61,972 nt of DNA, filler included, from Circinaria calcarea (GCA_051942165.1; 5 parts of 5 records of this genome joined end to end with filler, not necessarily neighbours in it); one strand, 5' to 3'. Numbered from the whole stretch's first letter, positions 46,301-58,176 are shown. Notes: generated from the sequence alone by a model not told the origin. Translations and numbers: made by a program.

Positions 46301-48105
46301 GCTTTCGCAATCCGGCGGAATCTTCTGATCTTCCTTTGCAGTATTACCAGCCCTCGCTGAGAGATGAGACCATGATCCCTCGCCAACAGAACACGGAATA
46401 CTCACTTGAAGGCGTTGGCCCTCCTGCTGATGAAACGAATGTCAAGTCGAGGTCTCGCCGAGGTTCACGAAGCTCCGGCTTTTTCAAGCGACTTAGTCGT
46501 CCTCCTAGTGCTGAGATATTCGCTCTACCGATGGATGTAGATCACCGAGACGTTGTACGTCCAGTCAAGACTCCAGTAAACGGAGAGAAGAGAAAGAGGA
46601 GAGCCAGTTTGTTCCGTACCCTTACCGGCCGTAGTGGAAGCGACAGTGGCCGGAGTAAGGAGAGAGAACTCCCGCTTCCTTCAAGGTCACGAACGGATAT
46701 TCATCCCACTTCTAATAACAGTAGCTTGGGTCCAGGTGAGCAATCAGGAACCTTATTGGGCAAGGAGGTCTCGGTCAAGACTCGGACCAAACTACAACGC
46801 TCCTCAACTTCTGGAACAGCCGGACAAGAAGGTGCCAACAAGAAGAGGTTCTCGGGGATTGGTGTCAGTAGACAATCGTCACCTTGGGATGGGTGACAAG
46901 CTGACAACCTACAGAGTCTTTTTAGTCGATCCAGTCGTCGACAGTCATCTTTAGAAATGTCTGAACCGCAGTCGACATATTCTAGTACACCGTCTGAACA
47001 GGGAGCGCCGTATGGTCAGCGACAGTCTTCCCACAGGAACTTAGACCAACTCCGGCCACCTCGCCAGGACTCTCTTTATTTTGCCAGCCACCAGGTTCCC
47101 AGCGCTCCTCCACCGGGTTACCTTCAGCGTTTACCAGATCACGTGTACGACCGACCACCACTCGAAGGTTACTATAGTCCGGACCGGAGAAGTGGGACCG
47201 AGGACACATTCTCTCCTGACAATTTCACCAGGCAACCATCACCACAGCCTATTTCACAATATCAGGGGCCCTCAGGCCAGTATTACAATGAGCAACCACC
47301 TAGGCCACGAAGTAGCACATGGAATCGATTGCTGAATACTAAAAACAGAGATCTCGCCCCACAATTTTCCAACGATACTTCCCAGTACAGCACGCCGAAT
47401 TCACACCCTGTTCGTGGTAGTAGTCGTGGGCCAAACTTCAGTCAAGGAGACCAGACCAGGTACCCGAATAACCAGGGCCATGATGTAGGACTCCCGTCCC
47501 ACCTTGAGACTTCATCTTGGATACGGTCCTCAGATCGACGAGCAAACAACTCCTCTAGCATTCTACCACCTGTCTCTACCTTACCAAGTGTGAACTCGGA
47601 TCCAGCGCAAGCAAGTTCACGCGGACCCTTGAGGTCTTCTATGAAGAAACCTCGAGGATACCATGAAATCGATGGCAATCCGACCGGAAGAGCCGAATCG
47701 CCTCCGCCTCCACCCCCACCTCCTAAGGACGACTGGCTCACCCAACCAACGCATCACGCCGGACCTTCACAGCTACGATCTTCTTCCTTTAATTCACTAC
47801 CCTCCACCACATATCCTACCCCGGTTATTAATTCATACCGCCAGAGTCTCCCGCTTCTCCAGACCAATATGAATTGCTCTCGCAACATACCTCAAGAAGG
47901 CAAGTCAGCCACTCTGGAAGAGATCCGTAGGTCGCGTCAGCGGGGTATTGAAAGTGGAGAAATGCCATCTAGGCATAAAAGTGAGGTTCCTAAAGGCAGC
48001 AACATGCCACTGGGTACGGACGGCGAAGAAAGGATTGTCATGTCGAGCTCCAGCTATCCAGGGCAGGAATGGCAGCCTGATTACGGGAATTATGAGTGGC
48101 ATTGA
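40363..48105 (+). CDS. Giant intrinsically disordered S/P/Q-rich protein; long isoform ~2470 aa (exons 40363-40409, 40461-44724, 44953-46863, 46915-48105), short isoform ~1440 aa ending at 44736
   Basis: Conserved-looking islands TSYKTNVNRAKTQRWVEAKSYSYDGDDW (recalls the yeast Fyv8 N-terminal motif), LPFVRPADIYRRM, FRPHLPGGW, ESDRLRKEI, YN.TREQFA...GLENW, MSSSSYPGQEWQP; phase-0 GT-AG introns link all three ORFs. Confidence 0.75.
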
Positions 48106-48943
48106 TGACAACTACAATGGCGGTTTGCTCTTGGTGGATGCAGGAAAATGGACTGCAAGGCGCAGCTAATTCACATTCACTCCTCTGACGACTTGATACC
48201 CTTTGTTCTTCATTCCTGTCATGATATCATAGGTATTCAGGTATGCCAACGAGACACTGATTGATGAGATAGTCTTGGATATGTCCATTGTATGCTCAAC
48301 CGTGTGCTCCACCAACACATGTCGTAGTATAATTGTCTGGAATATAGTGGGATCCTAAACTTCCCATGCCCATGAAATCGACCACCAAACCGCAAGTTTT
48401 AGATACCCTTGCCACTTTGAATATGACATCTATTACTTTTGCGTGCGCGCATTCGGTTCGACTGACTTCAAAGATGTTTCAAGACGCAGAGCCCAGTGAC
48501 GGGTCGCCTTTTGGGGAAGATATTTGAAACACGGCAGAGGCAAGTGAATGGAAATGTAACACCGTGTCCCTACTTCCCTTTCACCGTGTAACCTTCCCGC
48601 TCGCCCTGGCGACTCAAGGGACGCCAGATACGACAATGGCAGGAGTGGATCGGAGCGCATTCCTACTTCATTTCTTTCCATTCTCCTTTCACGCTTTTCT
48701 GCATGTTGCGTTTCCTTGACTCATTCTCTCCAACAAGAAAGAGGTCGCCACCACCACTCCTGGCGCTCATGCACTTCCCTCAACACTCTGTTTCCGTCTA
48801 GATTACCCAGCCGTTGTAGCAGCGAGCTTTAAGATCTCTGGAAGATCGCCTTCTTTTGTTCCCACTTCCACTGCCCATAAACCCAGACGCCCGCGACCCA
48901 CCCACCACAGCACAAATCCAATCACTTCCTCGCCGCACAAGAA

Positions 48944-49216
48944 ATGCGCCTCTTCACCCCGGTACCACTCCTCCTCACCATCGCCCTCCTCGTCACCCAT
49001 ATCTCTGCCTATCCTCCCCGCTACACTCGACATCGTGGTAGCTGGCGCCGCCAACAAGCCAATTCTGTGAGCGATGCGAGACATACGGAAGTAGAACGGG
49101 AGGGCATTCGAGCAGCGCGTGCTGGGCAGCTACCCTCGGAGCTTTCTGTGGAAGACTCAGTGATGAGCGATGAGCCGAGGAATGATAGTGCGAGGGTGAT
49201 GGAGCTGAGGGTGTGA
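48944..49216 (+). CDS. Putative small secreted peptide precursor, 90 aa
   Basis: Signal-peptide-like MRLFTPVPLLLTIALLVTHISA, followed by a basic segment with an RR site; no known domain. Confidence 0.45.
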   Translation: MRLFTPVPLLLTIALLVTHISAYPPRYTRHRGSWRRQQANSVSDARHTEVEREGIRAARAGQLPSELSVEDSVMSDEPRNDSARVMELRV

Positions 49217-49575
49217 ATTTTCGAGTTACGGGAGTTGGGAACGTAGATTAAAAGCACAACAGCATGGAGTTGGATTCGCCGAGTGCGGAGAAAAGGTTTA
49301 TGTAACGCAAGACAGGTTCTTGATAGACGCCCCCAAGCCCCAGGACACGAAAAGGGATGGGTTTGCCTGTATGTCTCTAGGCAGGCCGCCGGGCTGGGCA
49401 CTCAGGGCTTGGATAAGACACTTTCAACCACTCTCCACCAGAATAGATCTGTCCAATGCTCGCTCCGCCCATCACCTCTCCCTACCCCTCTCATTCCTCC
49501 ATACTCTATCCCCCTTCCCCTCCTCCTCTTTCTTCCGTTTCCTCTCCAACACCGTAGCCAGCCACTCCTCCCACT

Positions 49576-49675
49576 NNNNNNNNNNNNNNNNNNNNNNNNN
49601 NNNNNNNNNNNNNNNNNNNTTAATTAATTAANNNNNNNNNNNNNNNNNNNNNNNNNNNNNNNNNNNNNNNNNNNN
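49576..49675. other. Artificial contig spacer
   Basis: N44-TTAATTAATTAA-N44. Confidence 0.99.
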
Positions 49676-49856
49676 AGGGGATGCTGGAGCGCTGGAAATG
49701 TCATGGACGGATGTAGACTCGGACAAGCTCTTAGAACCACCGTTGGTGCTAAAGGACTTTGTTAAAGCGGTCAAAGGTGCCCGACCAACTGTCAGCCAAG
49801 AGGACATAAAAAGGAGTGCAGAGTGGACAGCAGAGTTCGGTAGCGAGGGGGCATGA
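49676..49856 (+). CDS. VPS4: AAA ATPase Vps4, C-terminal end only
   Basis: GDAGALEMSWTDVDSDKLLEPPLVLKDFVKAVKGARPTVSQEDIKRSAEWTAEFGSEGA*. Confidence 0.93.
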
Positions 49857-50152
49857 AAGAGGCCCTGTATTTTTGGATCTGCGATATGGCATTAAAAGGG
49901 CGCGTTTGGGCTTGGCGTAATACTAGCCTTCTAAGAATAGGGCTGTTCGCAAAACACTTCTACTTCACTGCTATGCCAAGCTAGCGACGGATCAAATACC
50001 GGAAAGTCCTTGATATTCTCGTCTTCTTATTGTAGGCGTGAGCATGGTTGTACGTGGCACGTGCTTTCTCTGAGACCCTCTTGAGGTATGTCTTGAGAGA
50101 CTTGTAACACGTTCTTCTAAACTCTAGGCGGAGAACAAAGAGAAGCCTGAGA

Positions 50153-51868
50153 ATGTCGCCGAAGACCGCTCCTAACCCTCCACGACGTTATGGCAGGAGG
50201 CTGATTACCTTCCTTGTCGTCGGGGTAGGTAGTATCATTTGGCTGCTCCATATATGGAAGCAGATAGTCAATACGCCGGTCCCTCGACGACCCCTCCACT
50301 CGACTTGCAGCTCTGAACCTGTCACGAAGAAGGTCGCCATCATTGGAGCGGGATCAGGGGGTACTTCTAGTGCATATTACATCAAACAGTTTCAGTCACC
50401 CTGTCAACGGACGAAGATCGTAGTCTATGAACGGGCTAGCTATATCGGCGGCCGTTCTACAATCGTCAACGTTTATAATGACCCCTCGGAGCCCGTGGAA
50501 CTCGGAGCCTCCATCTTTGTGAAAGTCAACAGAAACCTTGTTGCAGCGGCCAAAGAATTTGGCTTATCAACGGATAATCTTGGTGACGGGAGACCTAAAG
50601 AATCTCCGAAGACACTTGGGGTTTGGGATGGCCAGGATTTCAGATTCATACAAAGTCAAGGTGCCTACAGCTGGTGGAATCTTGCAAAGCTCCTTTGGCA
50701 GTATGGACTTGCCCCAGTGAGAACACAAAGGCTAATGAAGAGGACGGTGGGGGCATTCCTCAAGTTATACGATGAGCCATATTTTCCATTCCGATCTCTG
50801 TCCCAAGCAGCCTACGATCTCGGTTTGACGACCGTGACTTCGACCCGGGGCGATGTTTTCCTCGACAAGAACCAGATCTATCCCCCATTCACCACCGACA
50901 TCATCCAGGCGAGTACCAGGGTCAACTACGCACAAAACTTGAATCAGATCCATGGCCTCGAGACTATGGTTTGCATGGCTACCGATGGAGCCATGGCCGT
51001 CAAAGGCGGAAATTGGCAGATATTCCGGGGGATGCTTACTGCGGCCGAGGCAAGCCTAGTCCTCAATACCAGCGTGACCGAAATATTACGCCAGGAGAAT
51101 GGCTCCTACGTGGTCCATGCTATCTCGGAAAGAGGCTCGAGGAATTCCCAGAAGTCTCTTATCGACCAGTATGATGCCGTGATCATAGCCACGCCTCTTC
51201 AGTTTTCCAACATTAGCTTTACTCCCATTCCCGAGCATCTCCCTGAGAGGATTCCCTACGTCAAGTTATTCGTCACTCTTTTTGCATCGCCGCATAAAAT
51301 ATCCCCAGGGGCATTTAACCTACCACCAGGGTCTCCCGTCCCAGAAGTTATCCTCACTACCCTGCCGAAAGGACAGACCACGCTGCCCAATGATAGAGAC
51401 CGTAACCCCCCGGACCAAGCCTTTAACAGCCCCCTAGGCTTCTTCAGCGTTAGTATCCTCCGCAGAGTGAAAAACCACGCTGCCATGTCCTCCCGCGATG
51501 AATTCGTCTACAAGGTTTTCTCCCCAGCAGCCCTAAACTCAACCTTCCTGTCCCAGTTGCTAGGATTCCCAGATCCCAAGTCAACATTGGCCTCCATGCC
51601 CAAAAACGATATAAGCTGGTTGTATGAGAAGTCTTGGGATTCCTACCCTTACTTGCCCCCTAAGGTGACTTTCGATGATCCTCAGTTGGATGCCAATTTG
51701 TGGTACACGAGCGGGATAGAAAGCTTCATCTCGACTATGGAGACGAGTTCGTTGATGGGAATGAACGTAGCAAGGCTGATTGTGGATGATTGGGATGCAC
51801 AGTCCGATGCGGCAAGAAAAATGAGAAATGAGGGAGTGACCCCGAGCGGATCTCTATTCATTGAATAG
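50153..51868 (+). CDS. Prenylcysteine oxidase / farnesylcysteine lyase, 571 aa
   Basis: N-terminal TM, VAIIGAGSGG FAD motif, IGGR, VELGASIFV, STRVNYAQ, GGNWQIF, IESFISTMETSSLMGMNVARLI. Confidence 0.92.
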   Translation: MSPKTAPNPPRRYGRRLITFLVVGVGSIIWLLHIWKQIVNTPVPRRPLHSTCSSEPVTKKVAIIGAGSGGTSSAYYIKQFQSPCQRTKIVVYERASYIGGRSTIVNVYNDPSEPVELGASIFVKVNRNLVAAAKEFGLSTDNLGDGRPKESPKTLGVWDGQDFRFIQSQGAYSWWNLAKLLWQYGLAPVRTQRLMKRTVGAFLKLYDEPYFPFRSLSQAAYDLGLTTVTSTRGDVFLDKNQIYPPFTTDIIQASTRVNYAQNLNQIHGLETMVCMATDGAMAVKGGNWQIFRGMLTAAEASLVLNTSVTEILRQENGSYVVHAISERGSRNSQKSLIDQYDAVIIATPLQFSNISFTPIPEHLPERIPYVKLFVTLFASPHKISPGAFNLPPGSPVPEVILTTLPKGQTTLPNDRDRNPPDQAFNSPLGFFSVSILRRVKNHAAMSSRDEFVYKVFSPAALNSTFLSQLLGFPDPKSTLASMPKNDISWLYEKSWDSYPYLPPKVTFDDPQLDANLWYTSGIESFISTMETSSLMGMNVARLIVDDWDAQSDAARKMRNEGVTPSGSLFIE

Positions 51869-52016
51869 CGAGAACAAGACCGAAGGCTCGGCGTATGTTT
51901 GAAGCAGGATGATTGCAATAACGAGAAGCCTTAAGTGGTAACTTATGACATGAGGATATCTATCACTCCGGAGGAGGGAGTCCAGTATTGATAATCGATT
52001 GATCCGATCCCCTTCT

Positions 52017-53699
52017 GATATCGAGTCCACAAGAGGACTTACGCTGATTGAGCTTGCTGGAGGCGTCACCGTGGATGGAATTAAGTCGAGAACGGAAGCT
52101 CCCTTCCATTTGGCGGACGACCTCAAAGCCATATCGTAACAAATCAAAGCCAGTCTGACATTCGGTCCTGGACGAGAAGTAGTGATGGCATTTGAATAAT
52201 GAATTCAATTACAACCATGTATATATATCATAACCCTTGAAATGACCATATCATTCATCTAGATGGCCACCAAGATTCGACATCAAAAACAAACTGCCCG
52301 CTGTTAGCATTGTCGCAGGAGGGCGACGAAAGCGTGGATCTTTGACTATCCCTGTGATGATTCTGCTGGCACAAGCGTTGCCAATCAATGGGAACCCATC
52401 GCGCTTCAGGACTTTGACCTGCCATTTTCGTGGCTGAGGGATTTGGCACCAAGTCCATACTCGGCAGCTCCGCCGAACCCGTATCTCATAGACAGTCGAC
52501 CGCTCGGCTTACGTAAATAGGTCGAGTAGCCACTCGCCTCTCCTGGGCGTAGGACTCAATATACCTTATTCTGACTGTAGTTGCACTTCGATAGATAGGT
52601 CTATGAAATGACCGTGCAAGGATGGCATTCCGATTCCGAGGTTAGCAACAATACATGGCATTCTTGAGCTCCTTTGCCGCTCTCCGTACGATCCTCTCTC
52701 TAGCTATATCCCTTTCGCCCAAAACGGCCATATCGGCGTCCCCATCGCGCGGAAGTGTCAATTATTCGATCACTTTCTCGCTCTGGCTCTTGATGACTCT
52801 CCTAACGTAAACGTCAGGCAAGTGTACCGCGGCGGAATCTGTCCCTCCTGGCTCAACAATATCCTTCGTCTCAACGATGGTCCCCATAGCCCCATTGAGA
52901 TTGGCAGAGGCATTTTTAAAGTTGCGGTTGCCGGGTTTGTCCGCTTTCCTTGCTTTGACAAAATGCATAGTCCCCCTTTGATGGATCCTTTCATGATGTA
53001 GATTTTTCCATCGAGAATCCTGATTTCCCGAGATTTGCTGTACTCGCCCCACGGAACCATTGCTCTTGCGCCGTAGCGGCAGCTCTCCGGTTGCACGACT
53101 GTTCTGCAGGTGTGTAGAAACCCGGGACTGCTCACCCAGCCCAGCACCTCACAGTCAGCGTGCCCTGCGGCGTCAACTCCAGATCGATTTCCCCGTTCAA
53201 GTACATCTGTTCGAAGACCTTGTTTTGCCCTACATAAATTGCAATCAACATTTGAGTTTTTCTTGGGGTAAGCAGAAACCGAGACCGGATACCTCGATCC
53301 CAGCGTTGTTCGAAACAGCCGTCAGACCAGTGGTGGAGGGTGCTTTGTGCACCGATTTGATCGGGATATCCGGAATACTATACAGGCCGAAGCCACCGGC
53401 AAGGAGCGTTAAGTTAGATTACATGTCCCCAATAGCCTCCTCCGCTGAGGGCAGTACTCCGTTGGTTTCATTACGGTAGGTAGATGCTGCAAAGGTCATG
53501 GTAACCAGACCGTGAAACTGGGGGACGGATTAACGTTGGTTTCTTGCTCTGCCTGTGGTGGTTGCCGTTGAACCTCAATGGGGTCATCATACTGCTGTTG
53601 TTCCTCTCAGACTTGACTGGCTGTCTGTAAGTGCGCAACAGCGGCGACTCGGACGACGGAGATATTTACTCTGCAGCAAATTCTCGACGCTACGCTCAT
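52017..53699 (-). pseudogene. Succinyl-CoA:3-ketoacid CoA transferase (SCOT/OXCT1-like) pseudogene; terminal exon inverted onto + strand
   Basis: Fragments GGFGL, AVSNNAG, ELTPQGTL, KADKPGN, VHLPDVYVRRVI, RERIVRRAAKE, NLGIGMP, LQSE*G, MDLVPNPSATK, FVFDVE with many frameshifts/stops; GLTLIELAGGVTVDGIKSRTEAPF on + strand at 52017-52139. Confidence 0.9.
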
Positions 53700-54119
53700 G
53701 GAACGATATGACCCATTTGCGACTACCGACTGAGACTCCTGGACGGCCTTGACGGTAGACGGCAATCGAGCGCCTCTACTTCATCCTTTGTAGTACCTTC
53801 AAGAAGGTTAGAACAATTTTATTAGAACTGCAAGGAACGGAGCAGGAGTAGATCCCCAAAATCGATCAAGCACACATAGTAAAGAGTCATCGTACTTATC
53901 TGAACAGATAACTTGGACGCAATATGGTCTCTTTTCAATAAAGCTTAAATACAAGCATAAACAACTAATCTACTCTGATCTTCCGCGACCATGGGTGCAA
54001 AAGGCATTGGGGTTCACGTGCCTTCCTCCCTCACCATACCGCGCATCATGATTTACTTTATGCGCTCCCTAATGCTTTCCCAAAAAGACCAGTACGGTCG
54101 TCACCCCCTCCTCTTGATT

Positions 54120-57100
54120 TTATGTACTCTCTTCGATGTCTAACCTCGGGACCTTTTCGGCTATATCCATGTAGTCTACTCCACTTCGCCCTCGTTTCAA
54201 GTCTGGTCTTCTAATAACCTCGTCCTCGGAACATGATGCCAGTAAGGTACTGTCAGTCTGGCTTGAGGCATAGCCAGTCTCTGCAACTGGGCGTGCCGAA
54301 CTTCTGGCATTTACCGCTTCGAGAAAAGCGGACATCTGCACAGCATTGTCTTCAAATTCCCGCTCCTGCGCTGCAATAGAGTCAGGATCTAGCTGCCGGG
54401 CATGAGCAAGCAAGTCCATCGACGAGTCTTCAGACATTTCCCCAGACGCAATGGAGGATGATGTGCTGCTCGCACAAAAGGAAAGTCGCCTGCCTGAGGT
54501 CGAAAAGGCGGATACTACATCAGCGGTCGGTTGACTGGACACAGTCCCAAAGATGCCACCACCATCAGGCATCTCATCATCCTCATTGTCACCATCCGAC
54601 GACGACGTAGCGTGGAATGCGTACGAGGGTGGTGGCAAGGACGAGGGATTGAGAACCCTTGTTTCTGCAGATAATATTTCGTACTTGATAGGTAACAGGT
54701 CTGAATTAGTCTTGGCCGGAGATGTATGACCACAATGGTTGGTAAGATCTTTTGTGGCGTAATGGCATATATCGCTTTGGCAAACTTTCGTCGTCAGACA
54801 CTGAGGGTTCTGAGGCGGAAGGGGTTTGTTGAGGACAGAGAAGCGAACTATGACGTCTACTACAAAGTGGTCGGAAGGTCGTACACCCCCTATACCAGAT
54901 GCTTGGAATAACGCCGGTACGCCGTCGGATTCGACTTCGTAGGTAGAGGGCGAGAGAAGGGTTGGGGGGCCACCCGCTGGCCACTCTAGAGTGTCCTCAA
55001 AGCACTCTCCAATTTCTAGGATAGAGAACCCATCTGGCGAACAGCTCCTGGATTTCCTATAACAGACAACTGGCTCCTCGGCCGCTTTCGGTCGGCTGCC
55101 AATGGGATCTTGAACAACCTTTGAGTAATTCGTGGCATGGTATGTATCAACTCCTGAATCTCCACTGAGATCGGTACAAAATCTCGCTCCGTTATAGAAT
55201 ATGATGGGACCATCTTCTCCTTTACGTGTTGCTTCATTGGCTGATTTAATGTCGTGTGAACCTGGCCCGTTCGAGTGTCTCGCCAAGATAGATGGCACTG
55301 TTGAACGAACTTCATTGAGGTAGTAGTCGTCTTCCTCCTCAGACTTTACCCCATGGAAGAATAACGGCTTGTAAACCAGTGGACCGCCGGCCTCGAACTG
55401 GCCCAGAAAGATTGGTCGACGGACTGAATCGGCGCCAAACTCTGAAGCGATCTTCGTATAACCTGGTGACGAGTCAAGTTTTTCAAATCCGGATATGACT
55501 CCTGAATGGCATGTGTGATACCCGTAGGTACTAGAAATACTAATTCGGCCGGAGGATCCATCGCTTCTTTGAGAAGAGCCTTCGTTTTTCAATACCCGAC
55601 TACTCCTGCTACCATCGCTCATCTGGTTGCCCACTCGTCCTACTGTCCACCTGACCCTCTGCCCGTCCTTAGCGAGCTCAAACCTGGTACTGAAAGTTGC
55701 TAGAGCTCTTCTCACAAACTCGGTAGTGACGTTGAACATATGAAGTTGGGCCATGTTTATTAGGAGATTGAGGTATATCCAACCCTCTTCTTCAGCGCCA
55801 CTCAAATCTGAACCGACCTTTGGGGATGTAAGTCCAAGGTGGCGGATATAGTTGATATTTTGGGCGGGTATTTGAACTCGGTTTGGATCCAGGTCTAAAA
55901 GTCGTGTAGGTCTTTGATCAGGTCTCGCAGGACTGGTTGTGTTTAAGCAATTTAAGCCCATATCAGTATCACTCCCAGAGTCCAGAACGGGGACAGGCAT
56001 TGATACTATTTGGTCATTGCATGAAACAATGCGTGCTTCGCGATCACCTTCGGCGCTCTTTGCCTGGTTTAGTACTTGATCCACAGTACCTTTTCCCCTG
56101 GCTGCTGATCGCGAATTCTTCTGCTGTTGAAAGAATTCATAATCTTGTGTTGAGCATGGCGCTATCCCCGTGAAAAGTTGCTCCAACCTCCGCACCACTA
56201 ATTTTGCCTTTACCTTTTCTGTCATATCGATGGATTGATTTGGGAATAACCCCTCTGGTATTTCCTCGAGGTATGAGTTGGTGACGTCCTTGTTCTCATC
56301 TGCCGCCGGAATTGACTGCTGCTGTTGAGATTTCCTCGGGCACCGCAAATGGGAGGCTGAAGTCTGACCTGATGCACACAGCGAAGCGTACGCGGAATCA
56401 ACAAGTCGAGAACCTAGCGTGGATACAGATGAGGTCTTACTAATACCTGAGACACACCCTAGTGATAGTGACGTTGGTTGTTCGGTCTGAACCCTTCGGG
56501 AAGTTCTTTGAGTCCCAATGCTTGAGGCGAAACCCCGTAGAGTCTCCTTTAATTCTTTCTTCTTGTAGGCGGGTAATCCGTGTATCCGAACTTCGAAAAG
56601 TTTGTCGTCCTCCAATTGAGAGCAATGTAGTTTTTCGTACTTACGGAGCTTTCGCTTCAAGCTTCTGTTCTCCAGAGTCAGATCGTCAATAACGCTTCGA
56701 AATTCTTCGCTATTGCTTCCTGAAGAGTCCACACGTGAGAAATCAGATCTCATTGAAAGATTCAAATTGGGATGGTTGTAGTACGAAGAGGTGGAATGAA
56801 CAGCACAAGCGCTGTCGCCATCAGAAGCAGAGTTTGGTGCAAGGAAAAACGGTGGGTCACCTGCTGTCCTTTAGTACGAGCAGAAAAGCAGAACAAGCTT
56901 CAGTCATCTTACTATCGAGGAAAGAAACGGCCCTGTTTTGCACTCCATTCTCGTTCAGGCTGTCAAACCATTTCTCCGCGTTGACATGGAGGTCGTCCCT
57001 CCCAACTTCATGTTTGACACCTATCCCGGAAGCTGATAGACATGCCGAGTGTTGGGAGTGATTTCCCTGTGTGTCTGCAGAAAGTGACGGCGTGGGCCGA

Positions 57101-57207
57101 GTGCAAACCAATTGGTGCAGAGGGCAGCGCTTTGGATGACAGCGGTCAAGGAAAGGGCCGTGGCTCTTAGCGGGGTGAGCAGTGATCGTTGGGGTTGACT
57201 GCAGCAT
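54120..57207 (-). CDS. frq: Circadian clock protein FREQUENCY, ~1011 aa (exons 57207-56913, 56860-54120)
   Basis: KWFD..N and DPPFF across the 52-nt intron, coiled coil EEFRSVIDDLTLENRSLKRKL, KLFEVRIHGLP, DSAYAS, LVVRRLEQLFTG, QRPTRLLDLDP, GWIYLNLLINMAQLH, YKPLF, FCTDLSGD, GIGGVRPSDHF, LPPPSY. Confidence 0.95.
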
Positions 57208-58163
57208 CTTGGAGGACAAAGATGGTGAAGGGATGCGAGCCGGACATTTGCATCGTCTCGCGCCCAAACGCCACGAGCTTTCAGTTGAAGCCTTCGGAGA
57301 AGGTCTATCTTGGAGTTGCTGCTGGATGGCCGTTCAAATCGGCTGGCTTCCGAGAGCACTGCTCTCACTGGCCGTCTCCAATAAACTGGTTTATCGATCC
57401 ACTGTTCAGTAAATCCTTCCGAACCTCTACCCAGCTATGTATGGTCCTAGCTAGCTCTACTAGGGACGGCCAGAGTAGCTCTGATGCGACAATGGCGCTG
57501 ATAGCTGTACGAGACTGCCTATTGGGAGATGAAAGTATAGCAGACGGTCATAATCAAGCAATATATCAGGGTTGCGGAGAGGGTATTGGGCGCATCGGAG
57601 CGAAAACGTAGTGCATTCATGATGTAGGCAGACGATAATGGTAGCTATTCGAACGGAGAAGATCCAGGTATAGTCATCCGGTGGCAGAAGTCCCAGTTGG
57701 ACGAAAAGACAGGTGATTGAGAAAGGAGCAAAGTGGGAGAGGAAAACCCGAAGGGCGATGCGGAATCGAGGGCTCGTATGGTTGCGGCAAGCTACGACTC
57801 GTTCTATGGGGGGTTTCCTCGAGTCGGGGAGGTGTGTATAATCAATCGTTGCTCGCTCTCGGCCATCGATCCACCACCACCACCATCGGCAGGACTAGAG
57901 GGCGACGAATGGAACAGCAAGAGGCCACCGCCGATAGCCCGCCCCCTCTGAGATTGACGCGGAAGACCCGCTAGGAGCAAAGATCGGACCACGTGCTGAT
58001 TGGCTCCCTACCCGGGTTAGCCGGACGTGGAAACGCTCAAGTCCTCTTCTTCCTTCCTCCACTACGTAGTACGTGAAGGAGCATCAGTCAGCTATGTCCC
58101 ATCCGACAGTCACGCTGCAAGGTTACAGAAAGCGGTTCACGACTGCTGGGAAGGGTCGTCCCC

Positions 58164-58176
58164 CATCAAGCGCATC
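58164..58176 (-). promoter_or_regulatory. Candidate White Collar Complex light-response element upstream of frq
   Basis: Minus strand GATGCGCTTGATG (two GATG cores), similar to the Neurospora frq proximal LRE core GATCCGCTCGATC as I recall it; ~960 bp upstream of the ATG. Confidence 0.35.

Noticed and set aside
12333..49675. Four identical N-flanked TTAATTAATTAA motifs at ~12.4-kb spacing
   Set aside because: Artificial joins; segments fall in length (12332, 12326, 12310, 12307, 12297), as for size-sorted contigs. No cross-spacer clustering is meaningful.
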